Assembly (NCBI GenBank): GCA_965221165.1
Contig: CBDCRP010000002.1
Span: 1,408,001-1,472,000, forward strand
Source: a bacterium
GTDB taxonomy: Bacteria > UBA8248
Length of the DNA: 64,000 bases
Direction: 5' to 3'
Made by a program: the position numbers and the translations under genes. A model generated the notes under the pieces. The model did not search any database, was not told where the DNA came from, and saw nothing but the letters and a program-made list of their open reading frames with translations. Position 1 is the first letter of the stretch. The number at the start of each line of letters is the position of its first letter. Positions 42,018-51,974 of the stretch are shown here, in pieces.

Positions 42018-42235
42018 GAGCGTTCTCCTCCATCTCATTTTATGTGATAAATGAGCTATTTATTCGCGGAACCTGTCATTCTTTCACTAGCTACGATAGA
42101 GTAGAATTTTAGTAACCCATTCGCAATCGGGGTATTATTTTATCTCTCCAAGAGTCTTGGATCTTATAAACATGCGCATCGTAGTATGAAATACTACACG
42201 TTATTCATATGCGCCATATATTTTCGAGGTGCTCC

Positions 42236-44494
42236 ATGGGTGAATTTAAGGTAGCTGGGAAAAGCATCCCCAGATATGATCTCCCAGACAAAGCTGCGGG
42301 CACGGCCAAGTTCGCTGCGGACGTTACCGTTGCGCAGCCCCTGGTCAGTTTAGTGCTCCGAAGTCCACACCCACATGCTCGTATTGTCTCTATAGACACA
42401 CGGGAAGCAAAAAAAATACCGGGTGTACGTACTGTATTGGTAGGCGACGATTGCCCGTCACATCATTTCGGCCTTGAGATCAAGGATATCTGCTGGTTGG
42501 CTCGTGATGGCTACGTCAGACACATCGGAGATCCTATTGCAGCTCTTGCAGCGGAATCAATGGATGCCGCCCAGGCGGCACTAGACTCCATAAAGGTAAA
42601 CTATGAGATCCTTGAACCTATAGTGGACCTTTTGGCCGCGCGTGAGGGCAAGGGCCCACATGTGCATGAAGACTGGGACAAAATAGGCTTAGGGCCCAAT
42701 GGAGCAGGCAATGTGATTGGTCGCTACGAAAAGTCCATGGGCGATGTGGATATCGCCATGGAAAAAGCAGACCATATATTCGAACACACATTTCAAACCC
42801 CATACGCCCACTCGGGATATATTGAGCCTCATGCCTGCATGGCGGAGCCGGGAGCCGATGGAAAAATCACTATTTGGACAACAACGCAAGCACCTTTCGC
42901 TATTCGCGAGCAAGTTGCCGAAGCGTTAGGTGTTCCCCTCTCGAAAATCAAAGTCATCCCCACAGAAATCGGCGGGGGATTTGGAGGAAAGATTCATTCG
43001 TTTATCGAACATATCGTTGCATTACTTGCTCTTAAAAGCGGGCGCGCCGTGCGCCATGAAATGCCGCGCGAAGATGATCATAATGGCGTAAGTCCGAGGC
43101 AAGGCCTGAGAATACACTTAAAAACAGGCGTGACTTCCGATGGCGCAATCATGGCGCGTGAAGCGGACATCATTGTTGACCATGGCGCATATGGGCCCGG
43201 TGCCCCAAGTCAGGCAAGCTCCCGTATCCCGATGTTCACTAGTTGTTACAACATTCCCCATACTCTTGTAAAAATGACCAGCGTCTACACCAATGGCCCC
43301 ACATGCGGTTCGGTCAGAGGACCGAGTGGACCCCAATGCTTCTTCGCAACAGAAGTCCATCTCGACATTATTGCTCGTGAACTAGGTATCGACCCGCTTG
43401 AAATTAGGCGAAAAAACGCGATACGGAAAGGCGACACCGGATTATTCGGTACGCAAAAAGACGACGGCATGCTCAAAGTTTTAGAAAGCACGGCCAAAGA
43501 AGGAAACTGGGGCGATACCATCAATGCAAATGCGAATTTAGAAGACCCCGGCTGGAAATTTGGTCGAGGTCTTGCGGTTAGTTTTTGGCGCGGAAATGGT
43601 GGGGCTTCCGCATGTACGGCGCGCCTAAACGCGGACGGCAGCGTTCAGCTCCTTAGTGGTTCTGTGAACCTTACGGGGGCAACAACTTCAATGTGTCAGA
43701 TTGCCGCGGAAGAAATGGATATCCCCCTCGGACAAATATCTTTCGACAGCGGCGATACCGACACCGCACCCGAATCCGTCCGTGCGGCCGGCAGTATGGT
43801 AACCCGCTCAATGGGTGCCGCCGTTATTGTTGCAGTGGACAACCTGAAAGATAAAATTCGAGTTGTTGCCGCCGAGAAACTCGAAGCCGATCCGAAAGAT
43901 CTGAAAATTGAAGGGGGGCACGTTTTTTCGCAATCTACACCCAATCGCTCCATGTCATTAAGTGAAGTAGCCAAAGCGGCTCCGGGGGTTTCAGGCTATA
44001 TCATGGGGCAAGGGGAAACACAGGCACCGGATCCTTGCCCCATCTACACAGCACAGATAGCGGAAGTGGCCGTAAACCCGGATTTGGGTGAGGTGAAAGT
44101 ATTGAGGCTCGTTTGTTCACAGGATGTGGGCTTTGCCATGAATCCAACCTCGGTCATCGGCCAGATGGAAGGCGGGATGCTTCAAGGAGTCGGTTTGGCG
44201 CTTATGGAAGAACAGCCGCGAGACAAAGCTGGGAAGATCTATGGAGGAAGTCTCCATGAATACCTTCTGCCCACCAGCCTGGATTTACCCGAACTCAAAA
44301 CTATAATGATTGAGAACAAGGCGGATGATACGCCTTATGGCATGAGAGGCGCTGGCGAACCACCTATACTCGCTACTCCTGCGGCCATCATGAATGCCAT
44401 CGCCGATGCGGTGGATACTCGATTTTTCGCGATTCCAGTGGGCCCACACCACATATGCGAAGCGGTCAGAAAAATCGCAATAAACAAAGGATAG
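42236..44494 (+). CDS. Xanthine dehydrogenase/aldehyde oxidoreductase family molybdopterin-binding subunit
   Basis: RSPHPHA, IEPH, GGGFGGK, VRGP, GQMEGG and RGAGEPP motifs. Confidence 0.93.
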   Translation: MGEFKVAGKSIPRYDLPDKAAGTAKFAADVTVAQPLVSLVLRSPHPHARIVSIDTREAKKIPGVRTVLVGDDCPSHHFGLEIKDICWLARDGYVRHIGDPIAALAAESMDAAQAALDSIKVNYEILEPIVDLLAAREGKGPHVHEDWDKIGLGPNGAGNVIGRYEKSMGDVDIAMEKADHIFEHTFQTPYAHSGYIEPHACMAEPGADGKITIWTTTQAPFAIREQVAEALGVPLSKIKVIPTEIGGGFGGKIHSFIEHIVALLALKSGRAVRHEMPREDDHNGVSPRQGLRIHLKTGVTSDGAIMAREADIIVDHGAYGPGAPSQASSRIPMFTSCYNIPHTLVKMTSVYTNGPTCGSVRGPSGPQCFFATEVHLDIIARELGIDPLEIRRKNAIRKGDTGLFGTQKDDGMLKVLESTAKEGNWGDTINANANLEDPGWKFGRGLAVSFWRGNGGASACTARLNADGSVQLLSGSVNLTGATTSMCQIAAEEMDIPLGQISFDSGDTDTAPESVRAAGSMVTRSMGAAVIVAVDNLKDKIRVVAAEKLEADPKDLKIEGGHVFSQSTPNRSMSLSEVAKAAPGVSGYIMGQGETQAPDPCPIYTAQIAEVAVNPDLGEVKVLRLVCSQDVGFAMNPTSVIGQMEGGMLQGVGLALMEEQPRDKAGKIYGGSLHEYLLPTSLDLPELKTIMIENKADDTPYGMRGAGEPPILATPAAIMNAIADAVDTRFFAIPVGPHHICEAVRKIAINKG

Positions 44495-44643
44495 CATCGG
44501 TTACTGATATAGGAACGATTGAAACACTCAAAGAAGCCAGAGGAAAGAAAACGCCATATAAAGCAAATGTTTCTTAATTTAGCAGTTGCGGATAGCCATC
44601 TTCGTTTGTGGTTTCGAAGATTTCAGTTGCCCTGAAGTGAATT

Positions 44644-45564
44644 CTATGTAGCTTGAGGCGCATTGGCCTGAATGGCGCGTAGAAGGTGGCCATCCAGATA
44701 CCATTTCATTGCTGTAATATTCGAATCATCACTTAACACTGTGATGGCGCCACACCTTAGCCATTCGTTTCTTCTTGTCCGCCATGTCCAGATAAGCACT
44801 CCCCGACAACCATTGAGCCAAACAGAGCTGAATGTCAGTTTTTCTCCCATTTGGCCAAGCAGTTCCGTACAAGCAACAGCCACAAAATCATCACCCTCTC
44901 TCCTTTCATCGCGGACGATAAGTTCCACATCGGGCGACATTAATCCTTGCAACAATACCTTATCTCGAAAACTGAGCGCTTCCACGAAGCGCTCGAAAAC
45001 TCGCTCTGTTTTTCCTCGATCCTTGGTAGATGCGAAGAAAACTTTCCTTTCCCAGTGTTTTTTAACTTGCGATCGTTTTTTATCCGCATTATCGGCAATT
45101 TTGAAAACTTCTTGAATCTTTACCCCCATTGCAGATGCCGCGACCCGATCACCATCCTCCGTACTATCCCTGAGCACGATAACAGCGCGTTGTTCGGGCG
45201 TCATGTACTGAAGGGGGAACAGAAACTCAAGCGCAACGCTTGGCCAAGTAGCACTTGCTTCTATGGATTTGGTCTCTCCATTCGTACTTGAACCTGTAGT
45301 TTGTATTAAATCGGGAAGGTCGAATTCGTTCAACTGCAAAGGTTTCTTCTCCCGCAGTCGAGAAAGCGCCACTTTTGTACATGCGGTATAGAGCCACTCA
45401 GAGTGATCTTCGATACTATCGAGAGCCGGGCCCATTTCAATAGCTCGTAACATTGTATCTTGCACGACATCGTCAGCGTCCAAAATACTTCCCGTGAGTC
45501 GATAAGCGTGTTGACGCATCAATCCCCAGTATTGATGAGTGTATTTTTCAAGATCAATCATCAT
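44644..45564 (-). CDS. ECF sigma factor with a SnoaL-like C-terminal extension (SigG/SigJ-like)
   Basis: HAYRLTGSILDADDVVQD (region 2), EQRAVIVLRD (region 4), FVEAL...LMSPDV and LNG in the extension. Confidence 0.75.
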   Translation of the reverse strand: MMIDLEKYTHQYWGLMRQHAYRLTGSILDADDVVQDTMLRAIEMGPALDSIEDHSEWLYTACTKVALSRLREKKPLQLNEFDLPDLIQTTGSSTNGETKSIEASATWPSVALEFLFPLQYMTPEQRAVIVLRDSTEDGDRVAASAMGVKIQEVFKIADNADKKRSQVKKHWERKVFFASTKDRGKTERVFERFVEALSFRDKVLLQGLMSPDVELIVRDERREGDDFVAVACTELLGQMGEKLTFSSVWLNGCRGVLIWTWRTRRNEWLRCGAITVLSDDSNITAMKWYLDGHLLRAIQANAPQAT

Positions 45565-45570
45565 CGGAAC

Positions 45571-46233
45571 TCAAGCAGCCACAAACATCTCGCATAGGTC
45601 CGAAGCTACCTGCAAAGGGACCGCTGTTTTTTCCCGTACTTCCCTCTCGCTCACGCCCGGGGCGAGTTCGCGAAGTAAGAGTCCTTCGCTTTCCACCGTA
45701 ATAACGGCCAGATCGGTAATGATAACATCCACCACACCTTTACCTGTTAATGGCAGAGTGCATGCTTCTACAATCTTTGGCACCCCTCTCCTAGAAACAT
45801 GCTCCATGGTAAGAATAACTTTTCGGGCGCCTACGACAAGGTCCATCGCACCTCCCATGCCAGATATCATCTTGCCAGGTATTGCCCAATTCGCCAGATC
45901 ACCATTTCCAGCGACTTCCATTGCGCCGAGTATGGTGACATCTATATGCCCGCCCCTAATCATGGAAAATGATATGGCACTATCAAAATATGAACCACCC
46001 GGCATAAGCGTCACGGTCTCTTTGCTGGCATTCAGCAAGTCCGGGTCTTCATCTCCTGGGTATGGAAATGAGCCTACACCCAACACACCGTTCTCCGAAT
46101 GGATGGTGACGCCGTATTCATCAGGTATGTAATTGCTCACCAGCGTAGGTATGCCAAGTCCAAGGTTGACATAACCTCCTCTCGGCACTTCCATTGCCGC
46201 TCGTCTTGCAATGTCATGTCTACTCAAAGACAA
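45571..46233 (-). CDS. 3-oxoacid CoA-transferase subunit B
   Basis: [14 protein letters not shown] (catalytic Glu), IRGGH and GMGGAMDL motifs. Confidence 0.94.
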   Translation of the reverse strand: MSLSRHDIARRAAMEVPRGGYVNLGLGIPTLVSNYIPDEYGVTIHSENGVLGVGSFPYPGDEDPDLLNASKETVTLMPGGSYFDSAISFSMIRGGHIDVTILGAMEVAGNGDLANWAIPGKMISGMGGAMDLVVGARKVILTMEHVSRRGVPKIVEACTLPLTGKGVVDVIITDLAVITVESEGLLLRELAPGVSEREVREKTAVPLQVASDLCEMFVAA

Positions 46234-46234
46234 A

Positions 46235-46954
46235 TCAACTCTCCCCAAGGCCACTTCGAGGCCGGTTCGTCAAAATTTCGATAGGTTTCTCAGGGTCTTC
46301 ACCCAAGACCACCCGCTGCACAAAAATTCCGGGCGTATGCACGTTTTCTGGCGCAATTTCACCCACAGGAACAATCTCTTCTACTTCGACGATGGTCACC
46401 TCGGCAGCAGTGGCCATGATGGGATTAAAATTCCGCGCACTCATCCTGTATATCAGATTTCCGCGCTCGTCTCCCTTCCAAGCCTTGATGAGAGCATAAT
46501 CTGCTCGGATGGGCTCCTCGAAAATATGCTCTCGGCCCTCAATCATTCGGGTCTCTTTTCCTTCAGCTACGACGGTGCCTGCTCCCGTTGGGGTAAAGAA
46601 ACCACCAATACCAGCCCCACCCGCTCGAATTCGCTCCGTGAAGGTTCCTTGAGGCGAGAGTTCGACTTCAATTTCCCTATTCAGGGCTTGCTCTTCATAC
46701 ACTTTACAGGCTGGGCCCACGCGACTGGCGATGATAGAGCGTATTTGTCGATTTTCAAACATCATTCCCACGCCCCAACCGTCCATTCCACCTGCATTCG
46801 ACACCAAATGGAAATCACCGACATCCATCCGCTCACTCAATGCTTTGCACAAATTATGGGCCATCCCGCAGATGCCAAACCCACCGATAAGAATCGATGC
46901 TCCTCTGGGAATATCCAAAACAGCTTCCATGGAGCTTGATACAATTTTGGACAA
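46235..46954 (-). CDS. 3-oxoacid CoA-transferase subunit A
   Basis: [28 protein letters not shown] and VHTPGIFV motifs; GAGGAG before TTG 46954. Confidence 0.94.
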   Translation of the reverse strand: MSKIVSSSMEAVLDIPRGASILIGGFGICGMAHNLCKALSERMDVGDFHLVSNAGGMDGWGVGMMFENRQIRSIIASRVGPACKVYEEQALNREIEVELSPQGTFTERIRAGGAGIGGFFTPTGAGTVVAEGKETRMIEGREHIFEEPIRADYALIKAWKGDERGNLIYRMSARNFNPIMATAAEVTIVEVEEIVPVGEIAPENVHTPGIFVQRVVLGEDPEKPIEILTNRPRSGLGES

Positions 46955-47037
46955 AAGAAACTCCTCAATGACAAAATTTGAATTCTTCTTCTTCGAAACC
47001 CTAAGCTCTCGCATCCCGAGATTTGAATGCGATTTGG

Positions 47038-49248
47038 CTAGCTTTCCATCACTCGCCCCACCAAAGCTTTCACAGGCGAATAATGCTTATACACAATCAC
47101 TGTTTTATCCGTGTGTTTGGCAACATTTTCTGGGATGGAGCCAAAAAGAATCTGCTTATAAAAACTCTCTCCAGCCGCGCCCATGGCAATGGCATCATAT
47201 TCTTCCGACGCTCGGATAATCCCCACGGAAACAGATTTATGCGCAATGATTTGGCTCTCCACATGAACGCTGCTCTCATCGTTAATTCGGCCTACTGCCT
47301 CGCTAAGGCCTTGTTCGACGAAATGTTTGTGAGCACCCCCATCTTCGGGAGAAACAACTGTCGATACAACAAGCCTGGCATTGTAAGCGCTTGCTATCAG
47401 GGCCGTGTATCGCTCTGCCAAGCGTGCATGTATACCCCCTGTTGTAGGCAAGAGAATATTTTTCAGTTTCATTTCCCCTACAAGTTTTACCAACATAATA
47501 TCTGCTCGTGCGAGATTTACGACATCGTCCACGACTTCACCCAAAATTCGATTGGCGGTAGAAGTGTAGCCTTTCCAGCCAAGCATGATCAGATCACAAT
47601 GGCGCTCTCTTGCCGTCTCGAGGATGGCACGCGCCGGATTACGACCTATAATCACAAGAGAACTAATTTTGACATCATTCGCCTTCGCGCGAACATGGGC
47701 TTGCTCTAAAATTCTCCTTTCGCGTTCGACATATGAAGTTTCGCGACTCGTTGGTGACTGCTCAGGCAAAGACACGACCCGCACGACGATGATCTCGCCA
47801 TCATTTTCTTTGGCAACCGCTGATGCCAGATCTATCAATGGGACCACGTTTGTCGGGTTTGCAATGGGAACCAACACGCGGAAATCGCTCTCCTCACCAT
47901 CCATACTGACCTGCGCCACGCGGGATGGCTCACCCGGCAAAAATTCCTCTTCGGCCTGAGAACCCTTCCAGGCCAGGAAACCGAGCATCCCTACGACCAA
48001 CCACAGAACGGCCATGATAACCGGCTCGGGGTGCTTTAGTATCAGTGAGAGCAAATATATGTTCGCGCCAATTCCCAAAAGCGGTAACAATGGTACGAAC
48101 GGGACGCGGAAAGGTCTCGCTAGGCCTGGAAATCTCTTTCGGTGGTATATTAGCGCCGCATTCACCAATATCAGCGCCAACAAAAGAATGGTGTCCGCAA
48201 AGTGCGCCAGTTTCTCCAAATGAAAACTCTGCGCAAAAACAACAATGGTTCCTCCTACTAAAATAAGCGAAATAATCGGAGTGTGCGTCTGCGGATTGAT
48301 GGCGGCGATGCCAGAGGGCAAATGCCCCAGTTGCGCCATGGACAACACAACTCGCGAACCTGCCAAAATCGATGCGTTAGACGCGGAAATCATCGAAAAG
48401 AGTGCACCCACGACAATCACCATGCCACCAATAGGGCCCAGGAAAAGACGCGCGGCATTCCCCATCGCCGCTTCCGTATATTCCGTGAGATTCGCGGTAA
48501 CAATAACAAAAACCACCAAAGTGTATAGAATCGTAACGATTGCCATGGACAGAAATATCGCGCGAGGAATCGTCTTGGTGGGGTTGGTGACATCTCCGGC
48601 TGATGCCGCAATTGCTGAAAATCCAAAAAAAGTAATAAAAACCAATCCGGCCGTCGCTCCAATCTTGGGAATATCAGTACTCATTCTCTCGAGCAAAGCT
48701 TTGGTATCCATATTCCCTAGTCCGCCATAAACAAACCAAAATAAGAGGATGACCTTTCCCGCGGTAATGAAAACTTGAAATCGAGCCGATTCCTTTGTTC
48801 CCTTAATATTAAGCAGTATGAGACATATGATCCCCAAGATTCCCGATAGTTGCTCGTAAGGAGAATGCCAAACGAATTCGTTGAAATAAGAAGAAAGACT
48901 GCTGATGTAGAAGGCGCATGAAGAAGTATAGCCAAGCACCAACGTCCATCCCACAAGATAGGCAAGCGGCGGAGTAAACGTTCTCCTCGCATAGAGATAC
49001 CCTTCCCCGGATTGCGGATACAGGGATGAGAATTCGCAATAAGTGAGCGCGGTGAATGTGGCGACAAACGCGGCCAGAAGAAAAGCGATGACGGCCGATG
49101 AACCCACATCCCTGACCGCAAGGCCGGATAGCGTGAAAATACCCGCCGCTATCATCGTACCGACGCCGATGGATAGTGCGGACGTGAGTCCTAAATCTCG
49201 ACTAAGCTCGGTTTGTATGTGCAGAGTATTGCCGTTTGGTTTGTTCAT
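47038..49248 (-). CDS. APC-family amino acid permease fused to two universal stress protein domains
   Basis: GTMIAAGIF, YLYA and multiple TMs, then VLVPIANP, DLIMLGW, ILLPT.GG.H and FGSIPENV. Confidence 0.9.
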   Translation of the reverse strand: MNKPNGNTLHIQTELSRDLGLTSALSIGVGTMIAAGIFTLSGLAVRDVGSSAVIAFLLAAFVATFTALTYCEFSSLYPQSGEGYLYARRTFTPPLAYLVGWTLVLGYTSSCAFYISSLSSYFNEFVWHSPYEQLSGILGIICLILLNIKGTKESARFQVFITAGKVILLFWFVYGGLGNMDTKALLERMSTDIPKIGATAGLVFITFFGFSAIAASAGDVTNPTKTIPRAIFLSMAIVTILYTLVVFVIVTANLTEYTEAAMGNAARLFLGPIGGMVIVVGALFSMISASNASILAGSRVVLSMAQLGHLPSGIAAINPQTHTPIISLILVGGTIVVFAQSFHLEKLAHFADTILLLALILVNAALIYHRKRFPGLARPFRVPFVPLLPLLGIGANIYLLSLILKHPEPVIMAVLWLVVGMLGFLAWKGSQAEEEFLPGEPSRVAQVSMDGEESDFRVLVPIANPTNVVPLIDLASAVAKENDGEIIVVRVVSLPEQSPTSRETSYVERERRILEQAHVRAKANDVKISSLVIIGRNPARAILETARERHCDLIMLGWKGYTSTANRILGEVVDDVVNLARADIMLVKLVGEMKLKNILLPTTGGIHARLAERYTALIASAYNARLVVSTVVSPEDGGAHKHFVEQGLSEAVGRINDESSVHVESQIIAHKSVSVGIIRASEEYDAIAMGAAGESFYKQILFGSIPENVAKHTDKTVIVYKHYSPVKALVGRVMES

Positions 49249-50108
49249 TTCAGATCTGCCAGAAACTCCTTGAGTTCTCGTTGCACGATGCCCGGCTCGG
49301 AGATGTTCGGAAAATGGCCGGCTTTCGCACACACCACCACCCGTGATTTCTTGGGCAGGGCGCTCATTAACGATTTTTCCGATTTTTCGTTAAATCGCAT
49401 GCTTTTCCCGCCACGAAATACCAGAGCGGGGCATTTTATTTTCTTCGCCCAGAAAACAGGATCGTAATCACTCGCCGAGGTTGCCTGAAATTCCCGCAAC
49501 CTCAGAAACCTGCTTTTCTCATAGGGAACTCTGCAAACACCATCGACGCCATCGCATATCAAAATATCGGACAAGAATCGCCTCGTCCGAGCGGGCGGCC
49601 AATACCCTTCTTCGTTCTCGGTGAGGAATTTCTGCGCTTGCGCGAGATTCTCGAATTCCACCGGTCTGTTTCGCGCCGCCTCCAGGTTCGCATTGGCGTC
49701 CGAATCGCCGCGTACCGTCGGATCCATCAACACGCTCGCGGCGACGCGCTCCGGGCGATTCGCGGCAACGGCCAAGGCGATTGATCCGGCGAAGGAATGT
49801 CCCATCACCACAAAACGATCCAGCAAAAGCGCGTCAGCGAGGCCGATTACGTCTCTTGCGAAATCTGCGGCGGCATCGCCCGCGCCCGGATCATCCGTTT
49901 TCCCGAATCCCCTTTGATCCGGGCATATCATGCGTATCGTACCCACGCTTTCCGCCATCGCCTTCCACATCCCACTCTGAATCAACGAACCATGCAATGC
50001 GATGACGGGCAGAAGCGAACTCCTCTTCGCCGGCCTCCAGTCCCGGAAAGACATTTGAAAATTCGACACCGTCTCAAATCCAGCATACCAGCCACCTTTG
50101 CCGCGCAT
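49245..50108 (-). CDS. Alpha/beta fold hydrolase
   Basis: LHG, DQRGFG, GHSFAG nucleophile elbow and AGHF. Confidence 0.9.
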   Translation of the reverse strand: MRGKGGWYAGFETVSNFQMSFRDWRPAKRSSLLPVIALHGSLIQSGMWKAMAESVGTIRMICPDQRGFGKTDDPGAGDAAADFARDVIGLADALLLDRFVVMGHSFAGSIALAVAANRPERVAASVLMDPTVRGDSDANANLEAARNRPVEFENLAQAQKFLTENEEGYWPPARTRRFLSDILICDGVDGVCRVPYEKSRFLRLREFQATSASDYDPVFWAKKIKCPALVFRGGKSMRFNEKSEKSLMSALPKKSRVVVCAKAGHFPNISEPGIVQRELKEFLADLK

Positions 50109-50253
50109 ATGAACCTCTTGGGATGAATAAATGAATGTACCTGTGGGGAATTCTACCTGATGAGAAAACGATAACCCACTCTCTTGGCGAAGAAGCCTCG
50201 TTCTTCGATATTCCCTCTTATTCTAGGGCTTTTCGGTGAGAGAACGGAAGTCG

Positions 50254-50847
50254 CTAGGAAGAATCGCCCGTATAGGAGATGGAGACGCGGCGAGCGTAAA
50301 AGCGATTTTTTTCTCCGTCCATGGGGTCAAAGAAATGACACGCCTGCAAATCGCGCGGGTACACATGGATGGAAACCGCCACGTCGTCGCGCCGATTGCG
50401 CACCGTATGGATGTCCGCGCAGCCGCAAACCGAGTTTTGCGCACCGGCCGAAGGATTGTGCGGCGCATCGCTTCTGAGCGCGATTTCACCCTCGGAGATC
50501 TCCTCGTCCGCAAAATAATTAACGACCTCCAGGCCGCCCTCCACCATGCCGAGCATTCCCCAGGCGCCGTCATGATCGTGAATCGGCGTGCCTTGTCCGG
50601 GCTTCCAGACCATGGCCGCCACGACGAAGCGCTCCTCGGGGTCGCGATACAGCAGATGGCGCGCATAGCTCTCCTCCGAGGGCCGCATCGCCTCGGGAGG
50701 GAGGAAAGAACCCGCATCCAGCAAGCGTTTGAGAGCAGGTTCGGCGGCGTGGATGAAGTCCCGCCCGCGTGCGCCTTCCTCATAGATGCCCGCCAGTTCA
50801 TCCGCTAGGCGGGTGATGGGTGCGCTGGGTGTGACGGCTGTGTCCAT
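50254..50847 (-). CDS. Cysteine dioxygenase type I family thiol dioxygenase
   Basis: YARHLL, WKPGQGTPIHDH, DIHTV and SIHVY motifs. Confidence 0.88.
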   Translation of the reverse strand: MDTAVTPSAPITRLADELAGIYEEGARGRDFIHAAEPALKRLLDAGSFLPPEAMRPSEESYARHLLYRDPEERFVVAAMVWKPGQGTPIHDHDGAWGMLGMVEGGLEVVNYFADEEISEGEIALRSDAPHNPSAGAQNSVCGCADIHTVRNRRDDVAVSIHVYPRDLQACHFFDPMDGEKNRFYARRVSISYTGDSS

Positions 50848-50875
50848 GGCGACCTCCTCGCTTGCGGAAATCGGG

Positions 50876-50965
50876 ATAACTCCTTTTATTTCAAAAGTAT
50901 AAATTTTCAGTTATTTTCACTTTATTTCACCTATTTTTCACCTATTTTCCCACTTTTTCACATAT
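50876..50965 (+). repeat. Conserved AT-rich element with phased T-tracts, copy B
   Basis: ATAACTCCTT-N12-TATAAATTTTCAG followed by five ~10-bp T-tract units; homologous to 36397-36485. Confidence 0.8.
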
Positions 50966-51027
50966 CGGATTTTTCATTAAATCCATAATTTTCATACCGC
51001 CTCGCCGCCGCTAATCCTCCCCAAAAC

Positions 51028-51828
51028 TCACCAGGGATGGTTCCGCTCGATGAGCGCGCCCGGCTCACGGGCGCTCTCGATCAGGGCGATCATATCATAC
51101 AGCACGGCGCGCTGCTGTTCAATATTTTCAGGCTTGCCGAAAGGATGCCCCAGGGGCCAGGGCACGAATACCGCCCGGGGCGGCGCAAGCTCGGCCGTTA
51201 TCTCCTTGACGATGCTCACCGATACGGTGGCGATCCCCTCCCGTTCCACCGCATTTTGAATCAGCCCGACCGAGCGATTGCATAGCCCTCAGGCGGGCGC
51301 GAGCAGCGCGACCTCCGCCCCCGACTCGCGCAGCCGCCGCGCCGCCGCAGGCGCCGTCTCCTCCACGAGACGCTCGACGAGTTCCTTGTCGATATGGCCC
51401 ATGAAGCTCAAATGAACCGGCGAGACCCCGCCAATCGCCCCCTCCGCCGCCATCTCGGCGAGCCGCTCGTGCGGGTAGACGACGTTCAGGTCCTTATCCG
51501 CGCCCCGGTGGTCGTAGTAATCGTGCGTTATCATCATCTCATCGCGCGCGGCGTCGCCCGGAATCTCGCGAAACGTCGGGTCGCCGTCCGGGTTCTCCAT
51601 GTCGAAAGGGGTCTGGCCTTTCAGGTGCACCCCGCCCGTCGTCACCAGCGCGACGCTGCACTCACTCACGGGCTTCGCCGGCGGCGTCCAGGGCGTGAAC
51701 GCAGGCCCGGCGCGCCAGCCGGCCATCTCGGCGGAAAAATCCTTGCCTCCCGCCCATTTTTTCACCAGACCCGGATAGCGCGTCAGCAGACGCGCCACCA
51801 TCCTGTCCTTCCACCTGCGCAAGCTCAT
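51028..51828 (-). CDS. PrdB/GrdB-like reductase selenoprotein B (266 aa, Sec at the UGA 51289-51291, UxxC motif)
   Basis: ALVTTGGVH, DPTFREIP, HDYYD and DLNVVYP run in frame through TGA into GLCNRSVGLIQNAVEREGIATV...PRA...GHPFG. Confidence 0.9.
51259..51279 (-). promoter_or_regulatory. Bacterial SECIS-like hairpin
   Basis: Minus-strand AAUC-GCUC-[GGUC]-GGGC-U-GAUU; the G-led apical loop begins 17 nt after the UGA. Confidence 0.75.
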
Positions 51829-51974
51829 CGATACGTCCTGTTTGTTGGGGGATCGTTATTCGGCGGCGGTCATCCCATGAACCAGCGGAGAACTCTATCG
51901 CAACAGCGCGTTGTATGCACCTGGGATGACGATTGTCTCACCGTGGCGGTGAAGAGGGTCGAGGATATGACTGG

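Noticed and set aside
51028-51291. Reading the selenoprotein locus as a pseudogene or as two separate genes
   Set aside because: The TGA falls at the U of a UxxC motif, the frame continues, and a SECIS-like hairpin follows.
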